DNA of 64,000 nucleotides, taken from positions 8,273-72,272 of the forward strand of contig JAYZFO010000020.1 in the NCBI GenBank assembly GCA_036336685.1. The letters are read 5' to 3'. The notes under the pieces were generated by a model, which was given only the letters and a program-made list of their open reading frames with translations, was not told the DNA's origin and searched no databases. Positions within the stretch are counted from its first letter, which is position 1; the number at the start of each line of letters is the position of its first letter. This stretch comes from Pseudomonadota bacterium (GTDB lineage Bacteria; Pseudomonadota; Alphaproteobacteria; MPNO01; UBA830). The position numbers and the translations under genes were made by a program. Of this stretch, positions 51,081 to 61,455 are shown one piece after another.

Positions 51081-51181
51081 ACAAGAGATTAGACTTTGTA
51101 TTAGAGGCTAGAATTATACAAAAGCTTTATTATGCGCCCTGATGCGACAACCGGTTTTAAGGCCGAGTTAGGAGATTAGTT

Positions 51182-52123
51182 ATGAGCCTTTCCGTTGCTA
51201 TTCAGATGGACCACATATCAACGATCGATATTGGTGCAGATTCTACTTTTATTATGGCGCTGGAAGCACAAATGCGTGGCCATGCTTTATTTCACTATGT
51301 GCCGAATGGTCTCGTGTTTCGGGATGGCGAGTTGTCTGCCAAGGCGCAGCCACTGCAAGTTCGCCGCGAACCCGGGAACCATTTTACGCTTGGGGCGGAA
51401 GAAACACTCAAGCTGTCGGGTGTGGATGTCGTATTAATGCGCCAGGACCCACCTTTTGATATGAACTATATTACGGCGACTCATTTGCTTGAACATATTC
51501 ACCCGGAGACTCTAGTTATTAATAACCCGGCAGAGGTTCGCAATGCTCCCGAAAAGTTATTTGTTACACATTTTGAAGGTCTTCTGCCTCCGACCCTGAT
51601 TGCCCGGGACCGCGAGGCGATACAACAATTTAGAGAAGAGCATGAGGACATAATAATTAAGCCATTATTTGGTAACGGAGGTGCCGACGTTTTTCATATG
51701 ACACCAGGAGATGAAAACATGGGCTCCCTTTTGGAAATGTTTGAACAAAAATATCGAGAGCCGTTTATTATACAAAAATATCTACCGGAAGTCCGACAGG
51801 GAGATAAAAGGATCATTCTCGTCGATGGTGAGCCAGTTGGCGCGGTGTCTCGCATCCCCATAAAAGGGGATGCGCGGGCGAATTTTCATGCGGGCGGCAC
51901 TGCGAATAAAACGCTCCTCACCAATCGAGAGCTCGAAATATGTGAGCAAATTGGACCAGCTTTGCGCGAGCGGGGATTAACCTTTGTTGGCATTGACGTG
52001 ATAGGCAATTATTTAACTGAAATAAATGTTACCTCGCCTACTGGCATACAAGAAATCAATAGGCTTGAAGACATTCAAATTGAAAAAACTCTTTGGAATA
52101 CAATAGAGCGTTTAACGTTATAG
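51182..52123 (+). CDS. gshB: Glutathione synthetase
   Basis: Prokaryotic GshB N-domain ([15 protein letters not shown]), ATP-grasp ([26 protein letters not shown]) and NVTSPTG. Confidence 0.9.
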   Translation: MSLSVAIQMDHISTIDIGADSTFIMALEAQMRGHALFHYVPNGLVFRDGELSAKAQPLQVRREPGNHFTLGAEETLKLSGVDVVLMRQDPPFDMNYITATHLLEHIHPETLVINNPAEVRNAPEKLFVTHFEGLLPPTLIARDREAIQQFREEHEDIIIKPLFGNGGADVFHMTPGDENMGSLLEMFEQKYREPFIIQKYLPEVRQGDKRIILVDGEPVGAVSRIPIKGDARANFHAGGTANKTLLTNRELEICEQIGPALRERGLTFVGIDVIGNYLTEINVTSPTGIQEINRLEDIQIEKTLWNTIERLTL

Positions 52124-52266
52124 GTGTATCGAAAAATAGAAGTGTTTAACGCGATTATTGGCTTTTTGCCTCCACCTTTGTTCTTGAATATTGCATATAT
52201 TTGCGAGCAAAAAATTATGTTTCCCGAAGCTGTCGCTTGCCAAATCAGATGCAATGATGTCGGTAT

Positions 52267-52662
52267 TTAATCCCGATTATAGTGCGCGTCTGCTGGGAGA
52301 TCTCCGCCCTCCAACATTGGGCCTAGTGCTTGTCCCCCCAAGATATGAGTATGGAGATGTGGCACTTCCTGATGGGAATCATGGCCATGGTTAGCCAATA
52401 GCCGGTAACCGGTTTTGTCTACCCCGAGAAGCCGCGCGGTTTCCCCGATAGTGGAAATGTAGTCAGTTTTTTCTTCGATACAGGCTGTTTTTGAAAAATC
52501 ATCCCACGATTTATAGGATCCCTTTGGGATGACCAACACATGAACACTTGCTTGAGGGTTTATATCGTGAAATGCCAGCGAGTGTCTGGTTTCATAGACT
52601 TTGTTGCAGGGTAATTCAGCCCGAAGGATTTTTGCGAAAACATTCTGATCATCGTAAGACAT
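52267..52662 (-). CDS. HIT-family (histidine triad) nucleotide-binding protein
   Basis: Histidine triad HLHTHILGG and an N-terminal FAKILRAELPC-type motif. Confidence 0.85.
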   Translation of the reverse strand: MSYDDQNVFAKILRAELPCNKVYETRHSLAFHDINPQASVHVLVIPKGSYKSWDDFSKTACIEEKTDYISTIGETARLLGVDKTGYRLLANHGHDSHQEVPHLHTHILGGQALGPMLEGGDLPADAHYNRD

Positions 52663-52687
52663 CTAAATTTTCCGTAGAGTTGGTGCT

Positions 52688-53023
52688 CTATTTGTTGCGC
52701 CCTCTTTTGGCAGCAAGTCCTGAAGTTCCCTCACGATCGCCTAATTCTGCCATGACGTCGCTGGGATGGATGCCGGCATCTGCCCATGCCACCAACATGT
52801 GATAGATTAAATCGGCGCTTTCAGAAATTGTAGCTTGGCGATCGTCATTAATAACCGCAATCACCGTTTCAATGGCCTCTTCCCCAAGTTTCTGAGCAAT
52901 CCTGCTGCTCCCTTGACTGAAAAGTTGAGCGGTATACGAAGTATCAGCGTCATCTGTTTTTCGACTGTCGATGACCTCATACAGACGCATGAGAATGTCA
53001 ATATCGTCTTTGGCCATTTTCAT
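52688..53023 (-). CDS. hisE: Phosphoribosyl-ATP pyrophosphatase
   Basis: SYTAQLFSQGSSRIAQKLGEEAIETVIA...DLIYHMLV. Confidence 0.85.
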   Translation of the reverse strand: MKMAKDDIDILMRLYEVIDSRKTDDADTSYTAQLFSQGSSRIAQKLGEEAIETVIAVINDDRQATISESADLIYHMLVAWADAGIHPSDVMAELGDREGTSGLAAKRGRNK

Positions 53024-53054
53024 ATTATCGCGATAACAGATCCGTGTCTTTATG

Positions 53055-53822
53055 TCACGTTTCTATGGGACGCACGGACAATCCCGCAGCGGCCATATGT
53101 GCCTTGGCCTCGGCTATAGTGTATTCACCAAAATGAAAGATAGATGCTGCTAGTACTGCACTGGCATGGCCTTCCCTTATTCCATCCACTAGGTGGTCGA
53201 GAGTCCCGACACCACCCGATGCTATCACAGGGATTTTTATCGCATCAGATATTGCCCGCGTGAGTGCTAGATCAAACCCTGATCGAGTGCCATCGCGATC
53301 CATTGATGTAAGTAGAATTTCGCCAGCTCCATGATTAGACATTTGGATGGCCCATTGAACTGCGTCAATACCCGTTGACTTGCGGCCGCCGTGGGTGAAA
53401 ATTTCCCAATTGTCCGGTGCCGTTTGTTTTGCATCAATTGCAACAACTATGCATTGTGAACCAAACTTTGCGGATGCTTCCTTCACAAATGCAGGCTGCT
53501 CTACGGCGGCGGTGTTGATTGATACTTTGTCGGCACCCGCGAGCAACAGTTTTCGAACATCATTTACCTTGCGGACTCCTCCGCCTACCGTAAGCGGTAT
53601 GAAACACTCCTCAGCCGTCCGGTTTACTACATCAAATATGGTATCTCGATTTTCATGACTAGCAGTAATGTCAAGAAAGGTTAATTCGTCCGCACAGTGG
53701 TCGTCATAAAACTTTGCCTGTTTAACAGGGTCACCAGCGTCAACTAAATCTACAAAATTGATGCCCTTCACGGTACGTCCGTTTTTTACATCCAAACACG
53801 GTATTATGCGCGTTTTAAGCAT
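53055..53822 (-). CDS. hisF: Imidazole glycerol phosphate synthase cyclase subunit HisF
   Basis: [19 protein letters not shown] and ASGGVG motifs. Confidence 0.95.
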   Translation of the reverse strand: MLKTRIIPCLDVKNGRTVKGINFVDLVDAGDPVKQAKFYDDHCADELTFLDITASHENRDTIFDVVNRTAEECFIPLTVGGGVRKVNDVRKLLLAGADKVSINTAAVEQPAFVKEASAKFGSQCIVVAIDAKQTAPDNWEIFTHGGRKSTGIDAVQWAIQMSNHGAGEILLTSMDRDGTRSGFDLALTRAISDAIKIPVIASGGVGTLDHLVDGIREGHASAVLAASIFHFGEYTIAEAKAHMAAAGLSVRPIET

Positions 53823-54548
53823 TTAGTTTTTAAGCAATTCCTGTGCTTCTATAGGTTTAAGGCGCCCGTCATATATGGCACGACCTACAATCACGCCCTC
53901 TATTCCTTCGCCCTCTTTATCTTTCAGTGCTCTGAGGTCGATTAAGCCTCGAACCCCCCCTGACGCAATAACAGGTATGTTTATGGCGGAGGCGAGCGCT
54001 ACTGTGGCATCTAAATTGACACCTTCCATGACACCATCTCTATCAATATCGGTGTAGATAACTGCTGCGACACCACAATTTTCGAGGGACTGGGCAAGTT
54101 TAAAAGCAGAAATTGAAGATTTTTCCGCCCATCCTTCCACTGCCACATATCCATCCCGCACGTCAATTCCCACCGCAATACGTTCTGGGTATTTCTCACA
54201 CGCGGCGAGAACTAAATCCGGGCTTTTTAATGCTGCCGTACCAAGTATCACACGTTGGACGCCTGCCGCCAGCCAATAATCAATAGTATTCATGTCGCGG
54301 ATGCCGCCACCAAGTTGGACAGGGAGGTCTACAGATTTCAGGATCTTGGTGACAGAGTCACTATTGACTGGTTTGCCGGCAAAGGCACCATTTAAATCCA
54401 CAATATGTATCCATTCGAGACCAATAGATTGAAATTCTTTGGCTTGATCCGCAGGGCTGTAATTGAATATTGTAGATTGGCCCATTTCCCCGCGTATCAA
54501 ACGCACACATGCGCCGTCTTTAATATCGATTGCTGGGAACAGTATCAT
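53823..54548 (-). CDS. hisA: ProFAR isomerase HisA
   Basis: MILFPAIDIKDG, VQLGGGIR, YTDIDRDG and ASGGV motifs. Confidence 0.95.
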   Translation of the reverse strand: MILFPAIDIKDGACVRLIRGEMGQSTIFNYSPADQAKEFQSIGLEWIHIVDLNGAFAGKPVNSDSVTKILKSVDLPVQLGGGIRDMNTIDYWLAAGVQRVILGTAALKSPDLVLAACEKYPERIAVGIDVRDGYVAVEGWAEKSSISAFKLAQSLENCGVAAVIYTDIDRDGVMEGVNLDATVALASAINIPVIASGGVRGLIDLRALKDKEGEGIEGVIVGRAIYDGRLKPIEAQELLKN

Positions 54549-55114
54549 TTTTTTGGTTTTTTGGTCTGTGATTTATGAGGCCTTGGAGGTTTACGAAGCT
54601 GTTTAGAATAATGGTGACCCGAAACGAGCTTGCCGTTAACAAGCGCATAGGCAGGGTTAGTACCCCATCTTTTAAAACCAGCGCGCTCGTACAGACTGAT
54701 GGCGGCATCTTGGGTTGCACGTAAATCTAAGTTTAGGTGAAGATAACCAAGTTCCTGAGCCTTGCTTTCGACGGCTTTTACCAATTGCGGAGCGAGCCCA
54801 TGTCCTCGAGCCCAAGGAGCAACGAAAAGAGCTGTTAGGTTAGCCGCGTGAGCGAGAGCTTCATTGTTACGCGGTGGCTCCTGCAATTGTATTGCTGCCA
54901 CCACACGTTGATCTAGGCGGCCAACAAATAAATGCCGCTCTGGTACTAAAATGACGCCCCGAAAATAACGCCCTAAAACTGCTCGTGCGGGCGGCTTGAG
55001 CCAGCCAAACCCACCTCCATCGAGTATTGCAGACTCGGCCGCATCACAGAGGTCCTCCAAATCTTCATCGGAGACTTCTTCTAGTGGTTGGACGTTGGTT
55101 TTTGTATTTGGCAC
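54545..55114 (-). CDS. GNAT-family N-acetyltransferase embedded between hisH and hisA
   Basis: Acetyl-CoA motif A (LFVAPWARGHGLAPQLV) and YERAGF. The GTG start shares one nt with the hisH stop (TAGTG), and its stop overlaps the hisA start (ATGA). Lys/Pro-rich basic tail. Confidence 0.7.
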   Translation of the reverse strand: MPNTKTNVQPLEEVSDEDLEDLCDAAESAILDGGGFGWLKPPARAVLGRYFRGVILVPERHLFVGRLDQRVVAAIQLQEPPRNNEALAHAANLTALFVAPWARGHGLAPQLVKAVESKAQELGYLHLNLDLRATQDAAISLYERAGFKRWGTNPAYALVNGKLVSGHHYSKQLRKPPRPHKSQTKKPKK

Positions 55115-55770
55115 TATCCCTTATCTCCGTTCCACTTTAGAAATTCCCCTAATAAGTATAAGCCCGTTATCTGGCTCTTTTCAGGATGAAACTGCGTTCC
55201 GATGATATTTTCTCTTCCAATGATTGCTGGGAAATGGTGGCCGTAATCCACTGTTGCCAAAACATCGTGTGCGTTTTTACATGAAAAGAAATAACTATGG
55301 ACAAAATAAGCGTGTGCTCCCCTTGGAAACCTCGACAAAATAGGATGTTTTGAATTTTTTGGGACGTGAACTACGTTCCAGCCCATATGAGGTATTTTCA
55401 GTTCTGGTTCTCTGGGTTTGATCGGTTGGACCTCTCCCGGGATCCAGCCAAGCCCTTTATGTCGACCGTTTTCAAGTCCATAGTTGGCTAATAACTGCAT
55501 TCCTACACAAATTCCCAGAAAAGGTTTTTTTTGCTCTTTTACACTATGTTCCAAGGCATCTAGCATACCGGGAATAGAGCCTAATCCTTTTGAACAGTCT
55601 CCAAACGCTCCAACCCCTGGAAGAACAATTCTATCCGCTGTGGAGAGTGCTGAGGCTTGTTTTGTAACTATAATCGAAGTCTCTATATTAAGCCCTGCAG
55701 CTGCTTTTTCGAGGGCTTTGCCTACGGATCTCAAATTTCCCGACCCATAGTCTATCACGACAGTATTCAT
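55114..55770 (-). CDS. hisH: Imidazole glycerol phosphate synthase glutaminase subunit HisH
   Basis: Start set at MNTVVIDYGSGNLRSV. GICVGMQ nucleophile and FHPEKS. Confidence 0.95.
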   Translation of the reverse strand: MNTVVIDYGSGNLRSVGKALEKAAAGLNIETSIIVTKQASALSTADRIVLPGVGAFGDCSKGLGSIPGMLDALEHSVKEQKKPFLGICVGMQLLANYGLENGRHKGLGWIPGEVQPIKPREPELKIPHMGWNVVHVPKNSKHPILSRFPRGAHAYFVHSYFFSCKNAHDVLATVDYGHHFPAIIGRENIIGTQFHPEKSQITGLYLLGEFLKWNGDKG

Positions 55771-55961
55771 TGCTTGCCTAATAATAGATATAAGTGGACC
55801 GACGGGTAGAATGAATAGAAACATTTGAAAGGGATGCGGTGTGATTAATTCTGTTTATACTACTTAAGCCCGCTATATTCGATTGAAGCGCCGATAAATT
55901 TCGCCCCAGCGAATTGGTGTAACCCGATCGAAAACTGTTGTTGAACCGCATTATCGCTCAC

Positions 55962-56555
55962 TCAACCACCGAGGGTCCCCTTTGTAGAAGGCACCGAGCT
56001 GGGTGCGCGGGGGTCTGCCTCCACCGCAACCCGTAACGCGCGTGCGAGCGCCTTGAAACAACTTTCAACTATGTGATGATTATTTTCACCATAAATATTT
56101 TCCACGTGCAGTGTAATCCGCGCGTTCTGTGCAAATGCCTGAAACCATTCCTTAAACAATTCTGTGTCCATTTCTCCAAGTTTAGGCTTGGAGAAATTTA
56201 CCTCCCAAATTAGGTATGGTCTGTCTGACACGTCGATGGACACCCGGCTTAAGGTTTCATCCATCGGTATTGTGGTAGAGGCAAATCGAACAATTCCACG
56301 ACGCTCACCTAAGGCCTTGTGTACAGCTGCACCAATAGCAATCCCCGTGTCTTCAGTTGTGTGGTGATAGTCAATATGGAGATCTCCTTCTGCAGACACG
56401 GCCAGGTCTATCAAGCTATGTCGAGAAAGCTGTTCTAGCATATGATCAAGAAACCCAATTCCAGTGTTCACATCGTAGATCCCACTTCCATCCAGGTTAA
56501 CTTTCACCTCGATCTTAGTTTCCTTGGTTTGTCGTTGAATGCTTGCTTCACGCAT
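55962..56555 (-). CDS. hisB: Imidazoleglycerol-phosphate dehydratase
   Basis: [15 protein letters not shown] and [10 protein letters not shown] motifs. Confidence 0.95.
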   Translation of the reverse strand: MREASIQRQTKETKIEVKVNLDGSGIYDVNTGIGFLDHMLEQLSRHSLIDLAVSAEGDLHIDYHHTTEDTGIAIGAAVHKALGERRGIVRFASTTIPMDETLSRVSIDVSDRPYLIWEVNFSKPKLGEMDTELFKEWFQAFAQNARITLHVENIYGENNHHIVESCFKALARALRVAVEADPRAPSSVPSTKGTLGG

Positions 56556-56660
56556 AATTTGTTACCGGATCCCGCCGAATATCATTTTGGGGCTAAGCGC
56601 CTATTCCATCACGTCGTTATTGAATTCGCGTCTCTTATCAGTACCAACCGCAACACGCTA

Positions 56661-56686
56661 GTATACACCAATGTATACACGTATAC
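56661..56686. repeat. Cluster of three GTATAC palindromes (GTATACAC-caat-GTATACAC-GTATAC)
   Basis: Read directly from the sequence, in the hisB/hslV divergent intergenic region. Confidence 0.85.
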
Positions 56687-56805
56687 TTCCCAGTTTGTGT
56701 TCTTCAAGGGTTGAAAAGCCTACACATAAATACATGCATTAACCAACTTGTGATACCCTTTAAGCATCAACAACATAAAAATTAGCCATTAACCTGCCAC
56801 GCGGT

Positions 56806-56833
56806 CTTGAAGTTCCAGCAAGAAACCTCATGT
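56806..56833 (+). promoter_or_regulatory. Candidate sigma-32 (RpoH) heat-shock promoter for hslVU
   Basis: CTTGAA-N14-CCTCATGT, against the consensus CTTGAA-N13-15-CCCCATNT (or CTTG-N17-CYTATNT). It lies about 60 nt upstream of the hslV ATG. hslVU is a classical sigma-32 regulon member. Confidence 0.4.
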
Positions 56834-56891
56834 TAAAGGGCAATACTTCTAATCTAGGGGGCTGGGCTCTCACTTGAAAGGTTTTCATCTC

Positions 56892-57440
56892 ATGGCTGAT
56901 AAGACTGGGCAGTCCTGGCACGGCACAACCATATTATCCGTCCGTAAGAACAACGAAGTGGTTGTTGCGGGTGACGGCCAGGTTACCTTCGGTAACACCG
57001 TGATAAAATCCAATGCCCGAAAGGTGCGTAGATTGAGTGATGGGGCTGTGATTGCTGGCTTTGCTGGTGCGACAGCTGACGCGTTTACTCTTTTCGAGCG
57101 GTTAGAAAGTAAGCTTGAGCAACACCCTGGCCAACTAACCAGGGCTTGTGTGGAGTTAGCAAAGGATTGGCGCACTGATCGATACCTGCGCCGCCTCGAA
57201 GCGATGATGGCGGTCGCCGATCAAAGTGTTTCGCTTGTTTTAAGTGGTACAGGTGATGTTTTAGAACCGGAAGACGGGTTGATCGGTATAGGGTCTGGCG
57301 GCTCATATGCTTTAGCGGCCGCGAGAGCAATGTATGATAATGAAGCTTATAAGGCGGAGGAACTTGCTCGCAAAGCTATGAAGATTGCTTCTGATATTTG
57401 CATATACACCAATCAAAATATAACTGTTGAAAGTCTATAA
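56892..57440 (+). CDS. hslV: ATP-dependent protease subunit HslV
   Basis: ...[28 protein letters not shown] at 56892; the ORF is open from TTG 56874. Confidence 0.95.
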   Translation: MADKTGQSWHGTTILSVRKNNEVVVAGDGQVTFGNTVIKSNARKVRRLSDGAVIAGFAGATADAFTLFERLESKLEQHPGQLTRACVELAKDWRTDRYLRRLEAMMAVADQSVSLVLSGTGDVLEPEDGLIGIGSGGSYALAAARAMYDNEAYKAEELARKAMKIASDICIYTNQNITVESL

Positions 57441-57443
57441 ATA

Positions 57444-58754
57444 GTGACTAATTTTTCCCCCAGAGAGATAGTTTCAGAATTGGATCGTTTTATTGTTGGC
57501 CAGAACGATGCTAAACGGGCGGTCGCGATTGCGCTCCGCAATCGCTGGCGTCGGCAACAGCTAGATGATGATCTCAAAGAAGAAATACTACCAAAAAATA
57601 TTTTGATGATTGGCCCCACTGGTGTCGGCAAAACAGAAATTGCTCGACGCCTCGCGCGGCTGGCAGATGCTCCATTCCTCAAGGTCGAGGCAACCAAGTT
57701 TACGGAAGTCGGTTACGTGGGCCGCGACGTGGAATCAATAATTCGGGATCTCGTTGAGATTGCCGTTCATATGACGCGAGAGCGTATGCGGAAAGAGGTT
57801 GCGGCCCGAGCGGAAATAGCGGCTGAGGAACGAGTTCTTGATGCGTTGGTGGGTGAAAAGGCTAGCAAAGACACCCGGCAAAAATTCCGTACAATGCTGC
57901 GACAAGGTGAATTGGATGACCGTGAGATTGAAATAGAGATAGCTGATAGCGGGGGTGGAATGCCTACAATGGATATTCCCGGAATGCCCGGAGCACAGAT
58001 GGGAATGATAAATCTGAATGATATGCTTGGAAAAGCGTTTGGTGGCGGAACACGGAGTAAGAAAATAAACGTAGGTGACAGCCATGAGGTTTTAATAGCT
58101 GAGGAAAGTGACAAGCTTCTTGATGATGATGTAGTTGTTAAAACAGCTGTTGAGTCAGTCGAGCAAAATGGAATTGTTTTCATCGACGAAATAGATAAGA
58201 TTTGCGCCGGGTCCGATGGACGAGCAAGCGCCGATGTTAGCCGGGAAGGTGTCCAGCGAGATCTTTTACCATTAATTGAAGGCACCAATGTGCCCACTAA
58301 GCACGGAACCGTTAAAACTGATCATATTTTGTTTGTGGCCTCAGGCGCGTTTCATATTTCTAAGCCTGCCGACCTGTTACCAGAACTTCAAGGTCGCTTA
58401 CCCATTCGTGTAGAGCTCAGGGCTCTCACACAGGATGATTTTAGGCGGATTTTAACAGAGCCAGAGGCTAATCTAATACGTCAGTACACTGCGCTAATGG
58501 GTACCGAGGATCTTACAATCGATTTTACCGAGGACGCTATAGATGCGTTAGCAGCATTAGCGACCGAGGTTAACAGCTCGGTCGAAAATATTGGAGCTCG
58601 ACGGTTGCACACCGTAATGGAGCGTTTACTTGAGGACGTATCCTTCTCAGCGTCCGACCGAGCTGGTGAAACGATTACTATTGATGATGAATTTGTAGAA
58701 AAAAATGTGACAGATCTCGCTAAGAACGCGGATCTTTCGAGATTTATACTTTAG
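57444..58754 (+). CDS. hslU: ATP-dependent protease ATPase subunit HslU
   Basis: GTG start. [15 protein letters not shown], Walker [16 protein letters not shown], and [10 protein letters not shown]. Confidence 0.95.
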   Translation: MTNFSPREIVSELDRFIVGQNDAKRAVAIALRNRWRRQQLDDDLKEEILPKNILMIGPTGVGKTEIARRLARLADAPFLKVEATKFTEVGYVGRDVESIIRDLVEIAVHMTRERMRKEVAARAEIAAEERVLDALVGEKASKDTRQKFRTMLRQGELDDREIEIEIADSGGGMPTMDIPGMPGAQMGMINLNDMLGKAFGGGTRSKKINVGDSHEVLIAEESDKLLDDDVVVKTAVESVEQNGIVFIDEIDKICAGSDGRASADVSREGVQRDLLPLIEGTNVPTKHGTVKTDHILFVASGAFHISKPADLLPELQGRLPIRVELRALTQDDFRRILTEPEANLIRQYTALMGTEDLTIDFTEDAIDALAALATEVNSSVENIGARRLHTVMERLLEDVSFSASDRAGETITIDDEFVEKNVTDLAKNADLSRFIL

Positions 58755-58771
58755 TAAGGCGTTTGCGTTTT

Positions 58772-59314
58772 TTATTTCTTTCTTTTTATGAGTAAGTAGA
58801 AGGCGCCTTCGCCTCCATCCTGAGGTTGGGCTGGCGAAAAACCGAGTATGAGGCCTCTATTTTCTGCAGCATTAATCCATTGGGGTAATTCGCGTCGGAT
58901 AATGCCGGCACCCCGCTTCGTTAGCCCTTTCCCCGTAATAACTAATATACATCGTTTGCCTTCGGCATATGCTCTTTGGATAATATTGTTGAATGCTCCG
59001 TGTGCCTTTTCGACAGTTAAACCATGGAGGTCTAGCTGAGCGGTAGGGCGAACCTTACCTTTACGCAATCTATCCATGCTGCGTCGATCAAGATTGATTG
59101 CAACCCCTGCTCTAAGTGCGGGCGTGGTCAGATTATTCGATAATTTCTTTCTGTCTCCCACCAATGTTCGTGGGCTTGGTGCGGCTGCTTTAAGAGTGCT
59201 ATTCTTATCTTTTTTGGGATTGTGTATTGGCTTGACACTCGACATGGTGGCCAAAAAAAGTGCTTCGTCGCTGACGTCGGTCGATTGTTGAGTTTTGGGT
59301 ATTTTTTTGTTCAT
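58772..59314 (-). CDS. Smr (MutS2 C-terminal-like) domain protein
   Basis: LDLHGLTVEKAHGAFNNIIQRAYAEGKRCILVITGKG is the Smr domain signature. Confidence 0.8.
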   Translation of the reverse strand: MNKKIPKTQQSTDVSDEALFLATMSSVKPIHNPKKDKNSTLKAAAPSPRTLVGDRKKLSNNLTTPALRAGVAINLDRRSMDRLRKGKVRPTAQLDLHGLTVEKAHGAFNNIIQRAYAEGKRCILVITGKGLTKRGAGIIRRELPQWINAAENRGLILGFSPAQPQDGGEGAFYLLIKRKK

Positions 59315-59324
59315 TTCAAATTTT

Positions 59325-60533
59325 CTAATTTTTACGTCGGCTGCGCTTAGTCGAATGTTCTATTATACCTGTCCTAGGAACCAAAACCCAGTATCTACCG
59401 CGGGATTTCATTCTGCCCGCGATATGTTTTGCGCGCGTGCCGGCCCCCCAGAAAATATCTGCTCGCACTGCTCCACGAATAGCGCCGCCAGTATCTTGAG
59501 CAATCATTAATCTTCTGTATGGCTTACTATTTGGCAGGGTTGTATCCAACCAAACGGGAAGACCTAAGGGTAAAAGGCGCGTGTCGATCGCCAAACTGCG
59601 TTCTGGTGTCAGAGGAACCCCTTGAGAGCCAATCGGTCCTATTCCTTTAAGTTCCCGAAAAAAAATATAGCTTTTATTAGTCCGCATCAGCTCGATGCCT
59701 TTTTTCGGATGTTTATCTATCCACCGTTGGATTGATTGCATAGAAATTTTTTGTTTCGATATTATACCCCTTCGAATAAGTTCTCTTCCTATAGCCTTAT
59801 ATAAGTGCCCGTTAGTCCCGGAATACCCTATTCTCATGGTTTCACCATTTCGGAGCCGTATTCGGCCTGAGCCTTGTATATGCAGAAAAAAGGCGTCGGA
59901 CAGACTGTCAACCCATACCAATTCTAAATTTTTGCCCCTCAAAACCCCCTGCTCAATTGTCGACCGATCATGGTACGGGATTAGTGACCCTTGCACCACT
60001 CTGCCATTGATGCGCTTGCCTTTAAGCCCTTTTCTAAAAAGACCTAAGTTCACCGACACGAGATCTGGAGGGCGAATGTGGAGTGGCACTGGAAACTCAC
60101 GATCGGGTATCCGTGAACCACGCAATTCAGGCTCATAATAACCTGTAATAAGTCCATTTATGCCATCCGGCCCCATGACGGCGTGGGGGCGATAATGGCG
60201 TTCAAAAAATTTTCTTGCTTCAGTGGATGTAGCCCCAATTATACGGCGGGCCTCAGAGCAACTTTGTCTCCAAAATTGCAGCGTGCCAAACTGAGCGACG
60301 CCCCGATTTTCAACCACCGGACAGGAGCGTAGAAATGCTTTAAGTGCTGCCTTATGCTGGTCGCTTGCCCAGTGACGCAAATCCTTAAATTCAAAGGGAA
60401 TTAGGCTTATATCAGATTCCGACAGTTTTTGTGGGCGTTCAACGCAGGAACCTAAACAAAAGCTGACCGATAACGCGAAAGCTAATCCAAAACAGCGTAA
60501 CCCTATATTGGTTGGTGTTTTAGCATGTTCCAT
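59325..60533 (-). CDS. mltA: Membrane-bound lytic murein transglycosylase A
   Basis: TGYYEPELRGS, the MltA-specific insert and the 3D domain (AQDTGGAIRG..RADIFWG). Confidence 0.85.
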   Translation of the reverse strand: MEHAKTPTNIGLRCFGLAFALSVSFCLGSCVERPQKLSESDISLIPFEFKDLRHWASDQHKAALKAFLRSCPVVENRGVAQFGTLQFWRQSCSEARRIIGATSTEARKFFERHYRPHAVMGPDGINGLITGYYEPELRGSRIPDREFPVPLHIRPPDLVSVNLGLFRKGLKGKRINGRVVQGSLIPYHDRSTIEQGVLRGKNLELVWVDSLSDAFFLHIQGSGRIRLRNGETMRIGYSGTNGHLYKAIGRELIRRGIISKQKISMQSIQRWIDKHPKKGIELMRTNKSYIFFRELKGIGPIGSQGVPLTPERSLAIDTRLLPLGLPVWLDTTLPNSKPYRRLMIAQDTGGAIRGAVRADIFWGAGTRAKHIAGRMKSRGRYWVLVPRTGIIEHSTKRSRRKN

Positions 60534-60563
60534 TTATCGTTATTACTTGACGGCGCATCGTTG

Positions 60564-61244
60564 TTAGTTCTGACTTCTTGTCTCTACGAGCCTCCAATTC
60601 GGATCGTCTGACTTGGTATCGCGGCTGAACATCCAAATATCTGTGATTTTTGTGACGGTATCTGGCACCCCATCAAGAATTCGGTCTTCTGAATCACGCG
60701 TTAGGTTTACCTGTTCAGAGACGAACTTCATAGTTATCAGGGCGTTCTGCCCGTCCATGTCTGCTTCTATCACTTCCGCGACGTCTATTCCAATTATTGC
60801 GGTTTCCAGGGTTTCTTTACGTTCCTCCCGTTCTTGAATAGCTAAACTAAAGTTCTCAAAAACGTCGTCCGATAGAAAGGATTCAAGGGTCTCTACATTT
60901 CCTTCCGCGAAGGCTTGCACTATCATCACAAAGGCTTCACGGGCACCTTCCGAAAACTCCCGGAGGTCAAAGGAAGAATCTGCGGTTTTTATTTTGTTCA
61001 CGCCTTCCAGGAGTGGATCGTCCGATTTTTCATCCGGTATTGCCATATCTTCAGGCGAGGCTTTTTCCTCAGAATTAATTGGTAATTCGACAACCTTACT
61101 TTTACCCGATCTGTCTTGTTTTTGCTTGGAGACCGGGTCTTGTTTTGTTTGTTGATGTCCGGTTCTTTTCCCTAATACGCTTCTAAGCCGCAAAACCAGA
61201 AAGGCGGCGACCATCGCGAACAGTAGGAGGTCGAGATCACCCAT
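60564..61244 (-). CDS. Tim44-like domain protein
   Basis: N-terminal TM plus RLRSVLGKRTG, then a C-terminal Tim44-like fold (FLEGVNKIKTADSSFD..., W.F.R...DPNWRLV). smr-mltA-tim44 adjacency is typical of alphaproteobacteria. Confidence 0.7.
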   Translation of the reverse strand: MGDLDLLLFAMVAAFLVLRLRSVLGKRTGHQQTKQDPVSKQKQDRSGKSKVVELPINSEEKASPEDMAIPDEKSDDPLLEGVNKIKTADSSFDLREFSEGAREAFVMIVQAFAEGNVETLESFLSDDVFENFSLAIQEREERKETLETAIIGIDVAEVIEADMDGQNALITMKFVSEQVNLTRDSEDRILDGVPDTVTKITDIWMFSRDTKSDDPNWRLVETRSQN

Positions 61245-61455
61245 TATATTGCTTTCCGGCACGTCAAGGTGCCTGCATAAATTTCGACCACTGCGCAGAT
61301 CCTACGACGTCGATAGACGTAGATAAATCATTTCGTTATACCCTTCGTTGGCCGCGCGGTACCAAACAATGCTTCCTTGGGTTTGAACCACAGAAACATG
61401 CGTTTGCGGTTTGGTAATATAGTGTAAATAAGGTGTTATATAGGAAATCGCAAGT

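Noticed and set aside
52191-52394. 67-aa plus-strand ORF after gshB.
   Set aside because: More than half of it is antisense to the HIT-family gene, which carries the HxHxH triad. There is no supporting signal.
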